Shown here: positions 45,511 through 54,398 of the stretch, piece after piece
How the letters are laid out: every line of letters begins with the position of its first letter
How positions within the stretch are numbered: position 1 is the stretch's first letter
IMG/VR virus record: IMGVR_UViG_3300046516_000964
Direction: 5' to 3' (one strand)
From: a virus
Lineage: Duplodnaviria > Heunggongvirae > Uroviricota > Caudoviricetes
Length of the DNA: 64,000 nt
The notes under the pieces: generated by a model
The model's database searches: none
Told to the model about the DNA's origin: nothing
The model's input: only the letters and a program-made list of their open reading frames with translations
Position numbers and translations under genes: made by a program

Positions 45511-46904
45511 AGCTCCTGCTGGGTGACTGCATCGAGAAGATGCGCGAGCTCCCAATGGAGTCTGTTGATGCTGTCGTGACCGACCCACCGTACGGGTTGG
45601 AGTTCATGGGCAAAGACTGGGACTCGTTCGGTGACATGCGCCAGCCGTTCAAGGACGATCTACAGGTATCGCCCGGCCCGATGGGACGGATGAAGGTGCG
45701 CCCATCAGGGACAGGCTCCTACGTGAAGGACCCTCGTCCTGCGATGCGCTCGTTTCAGTCGTGGTGCGAGACGTGGGGGACGGAGGCGTACCGATCGCTA
45801 AAGCCAGGCGGGTACCTGCTTTCGTTCGGAGGGACACGCACCTACCATCGTCTCACAGCAGGGTTGGAGGATGCCGGGTTTGAGATACGCGACTGTCTGA
45901 TGTGGCTGTACGGCTCCGGGTTCCCGAAGTCACTGAACCTCCCCGGTGGGTTGGGCACGGCACTGAAGCCAGCGTGGGAGCCGATCGTGATTGCACGCAA
46001 ACCACTGGACGGGACGGTGGAGCAGAACGTAACGCGTTACGGCACCGGAGCCATGAACATTGATGAGACCAGGGTCGGCGAGTCGAAACGAGCGCCCGCT
46101 TCCCCATCGCAGACGGACAGTACGCTCACCTACGGGGCGTACAAGACCGGGGAAGGAAGACTAGGCACCGGGTTCGACACAGACATTGGGCGCTGGCCCG
46201 CCAATCTGATCCTCTCCCACCACCCTGACTGTGTGTACGTGGGCACCTTCACGGGCCCGGGGAGAAAGATGAACCGGTATACGGACGGGCTGAAACCGTT
46301 CGGTGGCGGGAAGGGGCATCCGAGCACGCAGGAGACGACGCCTGACGAACCGTTCGAGTCTTGGGACTGCACCGACGACTGCCCGGTCAAGATCATGGAT
46401 CAACAGTCCGGTGACCGTCCGGCCGGCGGCAAGGTGAAAGGGACGGAGCCGTCACACACAGGCCAGGGAGGCATCTATGGCGTGTGGGAGCGTGTTGAGA
46501 ACAGCCCGTACAACGACACGGGTGGGGCGTCACGATTCTTCTACTGCGCCAAGACCACCAGGACGGAGCGCGGCGCCGGAGTTTCACGTGAAAACGATCA
46601 TCCCACGGTGAAGCCGATCGAGCTGATGCGCTACTTGGTCCGGCTAGTCACACCCGCCGACGGGGTTGTGCTCGACTGCTTCCTTGGCTCAGGAACCACC
46701 GCGGTCGCTGCTCTCCTGGAACACCGCACGTTCATCGGGATCGAACGGGAGCCCGACTACATGAAGATCGCGAAAGAGCGGGTGCAGTACTGGCAGCAGC
46801 ACGGTGAGGACGGCTGGCGCATCGCCGCCGAGAAGGAAGCATCGGAAGCACGGCAGGAGCGAGTCAAGTCGACAGGGCAGCTCAACCTGATGGACGCGCT
46901 GTGA
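45507..46904 (+). CDS. DNA N6-adenine / N4-cytosine methyltransferase (beta-class)
   Basis: DAVVTDPPYG (motif IV) near the N-terminus and VLDCFLGSGTT (motif I, FxGxG) near the C-terminus. TTGA overlap start (the listed ATG at 45474 is 37 nt inside the upstream gene). Confidence 0.75.
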   Translation: MKLLLGDCIEKMRELPMESVDAVVTDPPYGLEFMGKDWDSFGDMRQPFKDDLQVSPGPMGRMKVRPSGTGSYVKDPRPAMRSFQSWCETWGTEAYRSLKPGGYLLSFGGTRTYHRLTAGLEDAGFEIRDCLMWLYGSGFPKSLNLPGGLGTALKPAWEPIVIARKPLDGTVEQNVTRYGTGAMNIDETRVGESKRAPASPSQTDSTLTYGAYKTGEGRLGTGFDTDIGRWPANLILSHHPDCVYVGTFTGPGRKMNRYTDGLKPFGGGKGHPSTQETTPDEPFESWDCTDDCPVKIMDQQSGDRPAGGKVKGTEPSHTGQGGIYGVWERVENSPYNDTGGASRFFYCAKTTRTERGAGVSRENDHPTVKPIELMRYLVRLVTPADGVVLDCFLGSGTTAVAALLEHRTFIGIEREPDYMKIAKERVQYWQQHGEDGWRIAAEKEASEARQERVKSTGQLNLMDAL

Positions 46905-47266
46905 GGTTCACGATCCCAGGCGAACCAGTCGCCAAGGAACGCCCGCGCAGAGGACCTGCGGGGAACTGGTACACCCCACCCAAAACGAGAGCGTACGAAG
47001 AGCTGATTGGGTATGCAGCGAGGGCTGCCATGCACAGCAAGATCGAGGGTCCTGTTGTTCTCTCGCTCACGATCTACACCAACAACCACAAGCTCGACAC
47101 AGACAACGTCCTCAAGGCGATTTCGGATGGCCTCAACGGGCACGCCTACAACGATGACAGGCAGATCTGCGAGACGCATCTGTACCGGATCTGGTCGGAG
47201 AACCCCAGGGTTGTTGTTGAGATTGAAGAAACAGAAGCCGAAACAGAACATCCCACCGCCGCCTAA
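46901..47266 (+). CDS. rusA: RusA-like Holliday-junction resolvase
   Basis: PVAKERPR...WYTPPKTRAYEE...GPVVLSLTIY...DTDNVLKAISDGLNGHAYNDDRQI. Confidence 0.65.
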   Translation: MRFTIPGEPVAKERPRRGPAGNWYTPPKTRAYEELIGYAARAAMHSKIEGPVVLSLTIYTNNHKLDTDNVLKAISDGLNGHAYNDDRQICETHLYRIWSENPRVVVEIEETEAETEHPTAA

Positions 47267-47267
47267 G

Positions 47268-47414
47268 GTGCAACGAAGATGCGTCTACTGCGGGGGCGCG
47301 GCGAACGCAAACTCTCAGCTGCGCACTTGCGTTGGCCACTCCGATCTACCTAAGCTTGATCCCTACTACACGCGTTGGATGCGGACGAAGGAGATAGAAA
47401 CCCCCGAATGGTGA
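47268..47414 (+). CDS. Small zinc-finger protein (48 aa)
   Basis: GTG start 2 nt after the rusA stop; CVYCGG...C..H. Confidence 0.3.
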   Translation: MQRRCVYCGGAANANSQLRTCVGHSDLPKLDPYYTRWMRTKEIETPEW

Positions 47415-47423
47415 AGAGAGAAA

Positions 47424-47606
47424 ATGGCTAAGAGGAAGTGCGCGCGATGTGGTGCCGATGTTCCAATAGGAAAACACATTTACTCGAAGTACACTCAGAG
47501 CTATTACTGCTGGGATCTCGATGCTTGTGACAAGCGGGCGAAGAGGAGCCAGAAAGCCCTCCGCGATTTCGCGGACAACGTGAGAAAGGAACTCGAAAAT
47601 GAGTAG
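47424..47606 (+). CDS. Zinc-ribbon protein
   Basis: CARCGADVPIGKHIYSKYTQSYYCWDLDACDKR; RBS GAAGAGAGAAA. Confidence 0.45.
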   Translation: MAKRKCARCGADVPIGKHIYSKYTQSYYCWDLDACDKRAKRSQKALRDFADNVRKELENE

Positions 47607-47997
47607 CTTGAAGCTGTTCGAGTATGCCGTCATTCAGCAGCCCCTCAAGGAGAAGGGGAAGACGGTCGAGGAAGGAAAGGTTCTCGTGGGTGTGAACACC
47701 GTGCTCGCCGAGGACGAGACACAGGTGCAGCTGCTCGCGGCGCGCGAGGTGCCGGAGGACGCGATGAGCGACCTGTCCAGGCTCGAAGTGGTGGTGCGCC
47801 CTTTTGACCGTGAGCGCGTCCTAGGGATCCTCCAAGGCCAGTCGGGAGCCAGGGGGCCGAGCGGTCCGGTCGGTGCTGTGGGGGCCAGGGGAGCTGACTT
47901 CACCGCGTTCTCTATGGTGCCGTCCACGTCCTCTTCGACGTACACGAGCCTGTCGAATCTGAGCTCAGGCACGCCAGTCATCCAACTGAACACCTGA
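47599..47997 (+). CDS. Hypothetical protein with a short collagen-like snippet
   Basis: GARGPSGPVGAVGARGAD within a 132-aa ORF. Confidence 0.45.
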   Translation: MSSLKLFEYAVIQQPLKEKGKTVEEGKVLVGVNTVLAEDETQVQLLAAREVPEDAMSDLSRLEVVVRPFDRERVLGILQGQSGARGPSGPVGAVGARGADFTAFSMVPSTSSSTYTSLSNLSSGTPVIQLNT

Positions 47998-48188
47998 TGG
48001 CGAAGATCAAGGAGGGCCCGCCCTTCAACACCGGTTCGAAGCATGTTGCTCTTCACGCGAGCCTGCTCCCGAGAGACCAGGATCTGCTGGTCTGGATCAC
48101 GGAGTATTTGGGATGCAATCGTTCGGAGGCCGTGCGCACATCCATCCGTATGGCTGCTGGAATGCTTGCGAAAACCCAGCGCGACTAA
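47997..48188 (+). CDS. Hypothetical protein (possible RHH)
   Basis: 63 aa; ATGA overlap with the upstream stop. Confidence 0.4.
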   Translation: MAKIKEGPPFNTGSKHVALHASLLPRDQDLLVWITEYLGCNRSEAVRTSIRMAAGMLAKTQRD

Positions 48189-48246
48189 TGGACTTTGGTA
48201 GGTGCCATCTGTTAGAGTATAGGTAGGCGATTATAGAGGAGGTGAT

Positions 48247-48447
48247 TTGAACCCTCTAACGGATCGGCAACTACAGGTTGCTCGCCTCATATCGGAAGGT
48301 CTCTCGGACCTGGAGATAGCGGAACGATTGGGGATCATGGAACGCACCGTCAGGTCCCACGCTGACACGATCAAGGCAAAGCTTGGCGTGAGCAGGAAAC
48401 GAGAGATCCCCGCGGCGATGCGACGGTTCGGGCTCCTAGAGCCGTAA
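48247..48447 (+). CDS. LuxR/GerE-family HTH regulator
   Basis: LTDRQLQVARLISEGLSDLEIAERLGIMERTVRSHADTIKAKLGV; TTG start after the RBS GAGGAGGTG. Confidence 0.55.
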   Translation: MNPLTDRQLQVARLISEGLSDLEIAERLGIMERTVRSHADTIKAKLGVSRKREIPAAMRRFGLLEP

Positions 48448-48456
48448 CTAGTTACG
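48443..48456. repeat. Palindrome CGTAACTAGTTACG
   Basis: Contains the LuxR gene's TAA stop; 14 nt upstream of the TTG at 48471. Confidence 0.6.
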
Positions 48457-48470
48457 CAGAGAGGAGAGCA

Positions 48471-48833
48471 TTGACTTCGAATGCGACGAAGAACAAAGCC
48501 GAGCGAGGTATCTACACCTTAGTGGACCCTCTCGACTACATGCTGCTCGGTTTGCTCCCGAAAGAAGGTGAGCTTGTGTTCGGGCTCTACCCGCTCGGCG
48601 AGACAGTGACAGCGCTGGTGAAGAAGTTCACACCGGAGCAGCAGAAGCACCTGAAGACCTCCATGGTCTCCGGGCGGCTTGTCGCGATGCACGTCCAGGG
48701 TCTTGTTGCCAACTCCCCCGGTCGTGCAAGTGATCGGAAGATCTGGCAGCGGACAGCAGCTGGTGAGGAGGCCTTCAACAAATGGAAGGGAGCAAATGGT
48801 GGTAGCACAAGCGGAGGCACCGGTGGCAGCTGA
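48471..48833 (+). CDS. Hypothetical protein
   Basis: 120 aa; RBS GAGAGGAGAGCA. Confidence 0.45.
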   Translation: MTSNATKNKAERGIYTLVDPLDYMLLGLLPKEGELVFGLYPLGETVTALVKKFTPEQQKHLKTSMVSGRLVAMHVQGLVANSPGRASDRKIWQRTAAGEEAFNKWKGANGGSTSGGTGGS

Positions 48834-49716
48834 ACCGGACGAGACCGAAGTGGAGAGCATCCACGCGAACTCGAAGATCGAGGAGGTTCTCCTGAGCCGC
48901 CTGCAGATCGACTGGTCCTACCAGCGCGACATCTCTGAAGCGGTTGTGGATGAAATCGCGGCCGACTGGGATATCGTTGCTTCCGAGCTGATCCTGGTCT
49001 CGAACCGCGGTACGCGTCCAGCTGACGGAGAAATCAAGGGCGGTCTGTTCGTTGTGAACGGGCAGCACCGTTCGAAGGCAGCGCAGAAGAAAGGCATGAC
49101 GAAGATCTGGGCTCGCGTGATCGACTTGCGCAAGCACGAAGACCCGGGTTCCGTCGAGGCCGGCTTCCGTCTCAAGACGAACAAGCGTCTCGGTGACCGC
49201 CCGTTGGAGCGGTTCAAGGCGCAGCTGCGCTCCGGGAACGAGGAGTCCCTGGCGATCGTGAAGATCCTGAAGAAGCTCGAAACGGAGATCAACCAGGCGG
49301 CGCAGCCCGAGACCGGGATCAACTGCGTAGCGACGATCGAGCAGGTGTACCGCTACGACGACGGCCAGCTCCTTAGCGACACCGGGAAGCTGATCGTCGA
49401 CACGTTCAAGTACTTCGGCGGCAAGAACGCGCACTCCGCGTTCATCAAGGGTACCGCGTGGTTCATCGACAAGCACGCCGAGGAAGCGAACCGCGAACGG
49501 TTCATCGGTCGGCTGCAGTCGCTCGGTCAGGGAACGCTCGTCACTCGCGCCCGCGCCACAGGCCTGACGATGGGTGGCTCGCTGTGGCTGAACTACTACC
49601 GTGCGATGGTGGAGCTCTACAACGAGGGCCTGCGCGAACGGAACCGGCTGCACTGGAAGTACCGTGGCTCCGGCTCGCTCGAAAGCGCGAAGGCAGGCGC
49701 TGTTAACCGTTCGTGA
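48796..49716 (+). CDS. ParB-like nuclease domain protein
   Basis: ELILVSNRGTRPADGEIKGGLFVVNGQHRSKAAQKKGMTKIWARVIDL (ParB N-terminal domain motif). Start ATG at 48796 after GGAAGGGAGCAA (the listed ORF begins at 48679 inside the upstream gene). Confidence 0.55.
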   Translation: MVVAQAEAPVAAEPDETEVESIHANSKIEEVLLSRLQIDWSYQRDISEAVVDEIAADWDIVASELILVSNRGTRPADGEIKGGLFVVNGQHRSKAAQKKGMTKIWARVIDLRKHEDPGSVEAGFRLKTNKRLGDRPLERFKAQLRSGNEESLAIVKILKKLETEINQAAQPETGINCVATIEQVYRYDDGQLLSDTGKLIVDTFKYFGGKNAHSAFIKGTAWFIDKHAEEANRERFIGRLQSLGQGTLVTRARATGLTMGGSLWLNYYRAMVELYNEGLRERNRLHWKYRGSGSLESAKAGAVNRS

Positions 49717-49946
49717 GCAAGCAAGGGCATGACATAGGGAAGATCAAGAGCTCCCGACCTCCGAGCTTCCCTTCCAAGTCGAAGCAAGACAAGAGGAAAG
49801 CGAAGTCGGTCAGAACCGCGGTCGCCTACAACAGGGCCGAAGCACGATTTCACGAGATGGAGAACACGCGTCGGAAAGCTGCCCGCCCCGAACAGGGGGC
49901 GGGCAGTTCTGGCGCCACCCCATCACAAACCGATAACACTCCATAA
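49713..49946 (+). CDS. Hypothetical basic protein
   Basis: 77 aa; GTGA overlap with the upstream stop. Confidence 0.4.
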   Translation: MSKQGHDIGKIKSSRPPSFPSKSKQDKRKAKSVRTAVAYNRAEARFHEMENTRRKAARPEQGAGSSGATPSQTDNTP

Positions 49947-50008
49947 CGAAACATCCGCCAGCCTCCTTCGTGTCCACGCCGAGGAGGAACCACTAGGACC
50001 GGAGGCAT

Positions 50009-50500
50009 GTGAGGAGATTCGCTCTCATATGGTTTGTTCTGTACTGCATCGCCATCGCTGCCTCGTCAGCAACAGCCAATGCAGCGTCGACGATCACCAG
50101 GCACGATCGGGACGTGATCAGGTTCTTCCACCACCACCCTCAACTCGCGGCAACACCGGCGGGTGCCAAGGTGCTGGCGGAGCTTCTACCACGGGTAGTT
50201 CGTTCGTTGCAGGCAGCAGAGCAACCAGCATGGCCAGCCCACCACCAACTCTGGCTGTGCATCAACGACAACGAGTCCAAAGACAACTGGGCGGGAGTTA
50301 ACCCCAATGGTCATTACGGCGGATTGCAGATGCACGAGTACTGGGGGTACGGGACCAGCCGTTATGCGAGTGATGATTCGCAGCTCGTTCAGGAGCAGGC
50401 AGCCGAGAGGGCGTACGCCGCCTCGGGGTATTCGAGCTCGTTTCTGTACGATCAATGGTTCGATTACGACTACGCGAGTTACTGCCTGAAGTACGCCTAG
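50009..50500 (+). CDS. Secreted transglycosylase-like (Rpf / SLT-like) protein
   Basis: Signal peptide (FALIWFVLYCIAIASSATANA) plus CINDNESKDNWAGVNPNGHYGGLQM...W...C. Confidence 0.5.
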   Translation: MRRFALIWFVLYCIAIAASSATANAASTITRHDRDVIRFFHHHPQLAATPAGAKVLAELLPRVVRSLQAAEQPAWPAHHQLWLCINDNESKDNWAGVNPNGHYGGLQMHEYWGYGTSRYASDDSQLVQEQAAERAYAASGYSSSFLYDQWFDYDYASYCLKYA

Positions 50501-50529
50501 ACATACATACCTATAGGTTGGTATACTAT
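50496..50529 (+). promoter_or_regulatory. SigA-like promoter P4
   Basis: -35 TAGACA (50498-50503; the TAG is the stop codon of the upstream gene), 18-nt spacer, -10 tgGTATACT (50522-50527). Confidence 0.5.
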
Positions 50530-50644
50530 AGGTGTGGGGTTGCGTGGCTCCCTGACAGGCCGCGCAGCACCAAGCGACCATTTCCCTCCTCATGGGAGCC
50601 CGCCGGGGGCCGGGCGTCGCGAAGCCCCCACTGAAACCCCGCCG

Positions 50645-50658
50645 CGTAACTGGTTACG
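50645..50658. repeat. Palindrome CGTAACTGGTTACG
   Basis: Lies in the P4 leader, 26 nt upstream of the ATG at 50685. Confidence 0.6.
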
Positions 50659-50684
50659 GCGGGCCTCAAAAGAGAGGAGAAGCA

Positions 50685-51017
50685 ATGCCAAGGGACTACG
50701 ACCTGGGAGACACACTCGCCCAGGTGAACGCAGTACGAGCAGCGTTCGGGCACCAGCAACTGCACGACCTGCCCACCTCCCGCACCGGTGACTCCACCAG
50801 CTGCCTGTTCTACCGGGCCCTGTCGGACGTCGGCTGCACCGGTGTCGGATCGAGCACCATCTCTTTCAAGGACGAGCGGATGGCTCGTGCTGTCGCAGAG
50901 ATGTGGGGCGTCGACTACCACGGTGGTACCGAGCTCGTTCAGCCCAGCCAGATGAGTAGGGTGGTGAACGCGTTCGACGGTCACAAGCTGCGCCACTACG
51001 AGGAAAGTAGCTACTAA
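50685..51017 (+). CDS. Hypothetical protein
   Basis: 110 aa; RBS AGAGAGGAGAAGCA (the listed ORF begins at 50592). Confidence 0.5.
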   Translation: MPRDYDLGDTLAQVNAVRAAFGHQQLHDLPTSRTGDSTSCLFYRALSDVGCTGVGSSTISFKDERMARAVAEMWGVDYHGGTELVQPSQMSRVVNAFDGHKLRHYEESSY

Positions 51018-51018
51018 C

Positions 51019-51621
51019 GTGGCCGGCGAGAAAGCACCAACACCCATCCACCCAGGCGAGGCTGCGAAGAAGCTCCGCTTCATCGCAGGAGAACTGCGTA
51101 CGCTCCTCCAAAACTTTCCCGCTACATCAGGGGGGGGCGGCGGAGCGGGTAGTGACGCTAACTCCTACAGGGTCACAGCTGACGAAAACCAGGGGCGGCT
51201 AGATATCGCCCTGGGTTCTCTACAGGTGGCGATCGAAAGTCGCAGAGCGGCAGAAGGCAGGGATGCTCTCGACACGGTGCGAATGTACATTCGCAGGGAG
51301 CGCGAATACCGCGTTTACGCATACAACACTGCAGTTGGCAGCGGCAGCAGTTCTCCCCCTGTTTCGACAATGGCCGCGATCAAGAAGAACGTCGGCCTGA
51401 TCTACGATCTCGCTCAGCAGTTCCCGACTAGCTCCGACCTTCCGACCGGGAACATGCAGAACATGCTCCGCGCGATCATGGCGATCCTCCGCACCGGAGG
51501 ATACCCGGGCGCGGAGACACTCATCTGGGAGGAGGTGATCAAGGATGCCAAGGCCAAGGAGACCAAGAACAACGGCAGCGAAGCCGAAGCCGCAATCGCA
51601 GCAGCAGTCGCAGGGGGCTGA
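51019..51621 (+). CDS. Hypothetical protein
   Basis: 200 aa; GTG start 1 nt after the upstream stop. Confidence 0.5.
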   Translation: MAGEKAPTPIHPGEAAKKLRFIAGELRTLLQNFPATSGGGGGAGSDANSYRVTADENQGRLDIALGSLQVAIESRRAAEGRDALDTVRMYIRREREYRVYAYNTAVGSGSSSPPVSTMAAIKKNVGLIYDLAQQFPTSSDLPTGNMQNMLRAIMAILRTGGYPGAETLIWEEVIKDAKAKETKNNGSEAEAAIAAAVAGG

Positions 51622-51649
51622 CCAAACCGCCCTCGACGAAGAAAAAACC

Positions 51650-52498
51650 ATGATGCCCGGGTACGTGTTCCCCGGGAAGATGTGGGAGAGCAAGACGCCG
51701 TTCGATTACGTGACCGACAAGTCGACCGGCAAGCGACCGAACATGGCGATCGCACCGACCGGCGCGATCGTGCACGACCTCCGGCCGGGGATCGAAGGGG
51801 CCGTGATCCCGCCGAAGCCGATCTGGAACGCCGGGAAGTACTTCCCGGAGCTGAAAAAGGAGGCCCAGGAGGCCCTCGAAGAGAGGGTCGCCGAGAAGGA
51901 TCGGTACAACTCGTGGGTGGTGACCGGGGAGTACAGTCCCGGGAACTACATCGCACGGATCTACATCCTTCCGAACATCGAGGCGAACCAACCAGACCCC
52001 GACCATCCTCTCGACTGGTCGGAATGGATGCGGAAGGGTAACTCCGTTACGTCCCACTACGCTGATCAACGCGGCGGCAGAGGGAACGGATTCGGTTTCG
52101 GTGGGTTCGGTTCTCCCCCTCCTGCTGTAGCCAGGGGAGCCTCGACCGAAACCAAGCCGGCAACTCCCCCTCCCCCAGCCAAACCAGCGGTCCCGATGAG
52201 CATTCGCATCAGGTGCGGCGGGTGCGGGCACTGGTTCAAGATGGACAGCCTCGGGTCGCACGCCGAGTATTGCTGCCCCGGTATCAACGGACCCGAGTCC
52301 GACTGGGCAATGCAGTGCGAGTGCTGCGAAGAGCTCGACCAGGTGCAGACGCTCAAGCCGGGGTTCCCTCGCCCCAAGAAGGTCGAACCCAAGAAGAAGG
52401 AGGTGAAGAAAAGTGACGCTGACACATCCGATGCTGCCGCAGAGCCTGCGGGAGCTGGAGCCGACGCAGCGGCGAAAGCTGTGGCAAGCGGTGACTGA
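51650..52498 (+). CDS. Hypothetical Cys-rich protein
   Basis: CGGCGHWFKMDSLGSHAEYCCPG...CECCEELD. Start is probably the ATGATG at 51650 (the listed ORF begins at 51545 inside the upstream gene). Confidence 0.45.
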   Translation: MMPGYVFPGKMWESKTPFDYVTDKSTGKRPNMAIAPTGAIVHDLRPGIEGAVIPPKPIWNAGKYFPELKKEAQEALEERVAEKDRYNSWVVTGEYSPGNYIARIYILPNIEANQPDPDHPLDWSEWMRKGNSVTSHYADQRGGRGNGFGFGGFGSPPPAVARGASTETKPATPPPPAKPAVPMSIRIRCGGCGHWFKMDSLGSHAEYCCPGINGPESDWAMQCECCEELDQVQTLKPGFPRPKKVEPKKKEVKKSDADTSDAAAEPAGAGADAAAKAVASGD

Positions 52499-52859
52499 CT
52501 CGATTGGGATGATCCGGTCGGGAAGGTGGTGCCGAAACACAACAAGGAGCAACGAAGGGGCTCATTGCGCCCTCGGTCTTATCAGCGCGTCATGCCAGGG
52601 TGACTGGGTGGTCTCTGACGCGATGAAAGAGCTGCTCGACGCTGCGATTCCACAAGAAGAGTTCCATGCTTTGGAGGCTCGCGTCAGTGCAGCCAGAGGT
52701 CGGCGAGACAGCTACATGGAGCACAGTGGGTACTGGCGTGGGGGCGATTCCAAGACCGGAAGGATCGCCAGCTTCAACAACACTCGCCCCACCGAGAGGG
52801 AAGTGGCGGCCTGGTTCGAGGACGCGCGAGAGCTACTCGAACAAACACCGACCGCGTAA
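52431..52859 (+). CDS. Hypothetical protein
   Basis: Start is ambiguous (GTG 52413 or ATG 52431); its TAA stop lies inside a palindrome copy. Confidence 0.4.
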   Translation: MLPQSLRELEPTQRRKLWQAVTDSIGMIRSGRWCRNTTRSNEGAHCALGLISASCQGDWVVSDAMKELLDAAIPQEEFHALEARVSAARGRRDSYMEHSGYWRGGDSKTGRIASFNNTRPTEREVAAWFEDARELLEQTPTA

Positions 52860-52868
52860 CTAGTTACG
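52855..52868. repeat. Palindrome CGTAACTAGTTACG
   Basis: 21 nt upstream of the TTG at 52890. Confidence 0.6.
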
Positions 52869-52889
52869 CCCCGCAGAGAGGAGAGACAG

Positions 52890-53561
52890 TTGGCCCACTA
52901 CGAAGACGAGTACTGGGTTCAGATCAAGTCACCCGGCTGGCGCAAGATCAAAACCGGCTGGTCGGGAGTATGGGACGTCACCTGCTACTTCGACGACCTC
53001 GACTCCGCCATGGAGGGCCTGGACGAGTGTCTTGCAGCCAATACGGGCGGCAAGAACTACTCGTACCGCATCATCGGTGCCAGCGGCACCGTGTACGCCA
53101 CCTATCAGAACGGTGGGTGGGACAACCCCGCAGATGAGAGAGGAGCAACACAGATGGGCACAGTTCACGTCAACCTCCCGGTGCACCTGGAGAAGCCGCT
53201 CAACCTCAAGACCAACAAGGTCATCGAGAAGCTGAAGGCGAACCTCAAGAAGGAGCAGGACGACCGCGCCGCCGCCGAGAAGAAGGAGGCCGACGCCCGC
53301 GCCGACTTCAAGACCTTCGTCGACGAGCACGAGGACCAGATCATCAACTACCTCCGCTCGGCGATCTACGGCCGGGACGGCTCCTGGAAGGCGACGCTCG
53401 ACGCCGCCGAGGAGGCCTTCAAGGACGACAACTGGGCGACGAAGGAGTCCAAGCCGGGCCGGCTGGAGTCCGAGCTGGAGAAGTTCGTCCGGGTCCTCGA
53501 GATGAGCGGCGACGAGACCGTCGAGGTCGCACCCACCAAGGAGCTCTACGATCTGCTGTAG
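52890..53561 (+). CDS. Hypothetical protein
   Basis: 223 aa; TTG start after the RBS AGAGAGGAGAGACAG. Confidence 0.55.
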   Translation: MAHYEDEYWVQIKSPGWRKIKTGWSGVWDVTCYFDDLDSAMEGLDECLAANTGGKNYSYRIIGASGTVYATYQNGGWDNPADERGATQMGTVHVNLPVHLEKPLNLKTNKVIEKLKANLKKEQDDRAAAEKKEADARADFKTFVDEHEDQIINYLRSAIYGRDGSWKATLDAAEEAFKDDNWATKESKPGRLESELEKFVRVLEMSGDETVEVAPTKELYDLL

Positions 53562-53629
53562 GCCCTCGCGGCCGGCAAGCTAGCCTCCTCCTCTGCGGGG
53601 GAGCGCGCTGCCGGTTGTCGCAGGGCGGT

Positions 53630-53674
53630 AGCGCGGGCGGGGGATGCTTTGGCGTCCCCCGCCGCTTCTTATTC
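53630..53674 (+). terminator. Terminator-like hairpin
   Basis: GCGGGCGGGGGATGC...GCGTCCCCCGCCGC stem followed by TTCTTATTC. Confidence 0.5.
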
Positions 53675-53690
53675 TCAGCAAAGGAGAGCT

Positions 53691-54398
53691 ATGTCCGTCA
53701 TGCAGGAAGTCTCCAAGCATGTCGCGGTCCCGACACTCGACCCCGACGCGCTCAAGAAGGAGATCGTGATGCTCGGAGAGCGGCGCGAAAGTCTTCTTCC
53801 CGGCGAAACCGTTCTGCGGGAATGGATCGACCGTAGGGCCGAGAATCTCAAGATCGTCGCGAACTCGTATCACCTGAGCACTCGCGAAGGCAGGTCGCTA
53901 CCAGTGCTCGACCCCGTCGTGCTCGACTGGCGTCACGCTCGGAGACCGCACCGCGTTCCCGTCCCGAAGCTCGCGCTCGTCCCAGTCATGGAGAGCGACA
54001 CGATGCTTTTCCGGACAGACGGTCAGCAAACTGGTCCGGCGATCAAGGGCTACCACTACAGGGACGTCAACGAAGCACTCCACAACTGGCGTCGACGCGA
54101 CGATCGCAGCAGGGTCGGGCTCGAATGGAAGTTCAACGGCACAATCCCGAACGAGGAGCGTGAGCTGATCACCAGGGAGGCCGGCAACTACGAGCAGATC
54201 TTCCTGCTCGCGGACGCCCCGCCAGAGAGCTGGAAGTGGGTTATCGGGGACAAGATCGAGCGCCCCAAGGTCGCCCGCTGGGATCCGATCATCCTCGGGT
54301 ATCACAGCGGCGTGTTCGTCGTGCTCGGACAGTTCGACCCGACCCCGCTGGAGCTCTACGTGGCGGCGGAGTTCACGCACCGCCAGCTAGGAGCATGA
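53691..54398 (+). CDS. Hypothetical protein
   Basis: 235 aa; RBS AAAGGAGAGCT (the listed ORF begins at 53649). Confidence 0.55.
   Translation: MSVMQEVSKHVAVPTLDPDALKKEIVMLGERRESLLPGETVLREWIDRRAENLKIVANSYHLSTREGRSLPVLDPVVLDWRHARRPHRVPVPKLALVPVMESDTMLFRTDGQQTGPAIKGYHYRDVNEALHNWRRRDDRSRVGLEWKFNGTIPNEERELITREAGNYEQIFLLADAPPESWKWVIGDKIERPKVARWDPIILGYHSGVFVVLGQFDPTPLELYVAAEFTHRQLGA

Noticed and set aside
48775-49653. 292-aa minus-strand ORF
   Set aside because: Antisense to the ParB-like gene 48796..49716, with low-complexity Arg/Leu-rich translation.
51414-52565. Several long minus-strand ORFs (51539..52552, 51414..51956, 52066..52545)
   Set aside because: The plus-strand genes are coupled to start codons and RBSs here. 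The minus-frame translations are Pro/Arg/Ser low-complexity.
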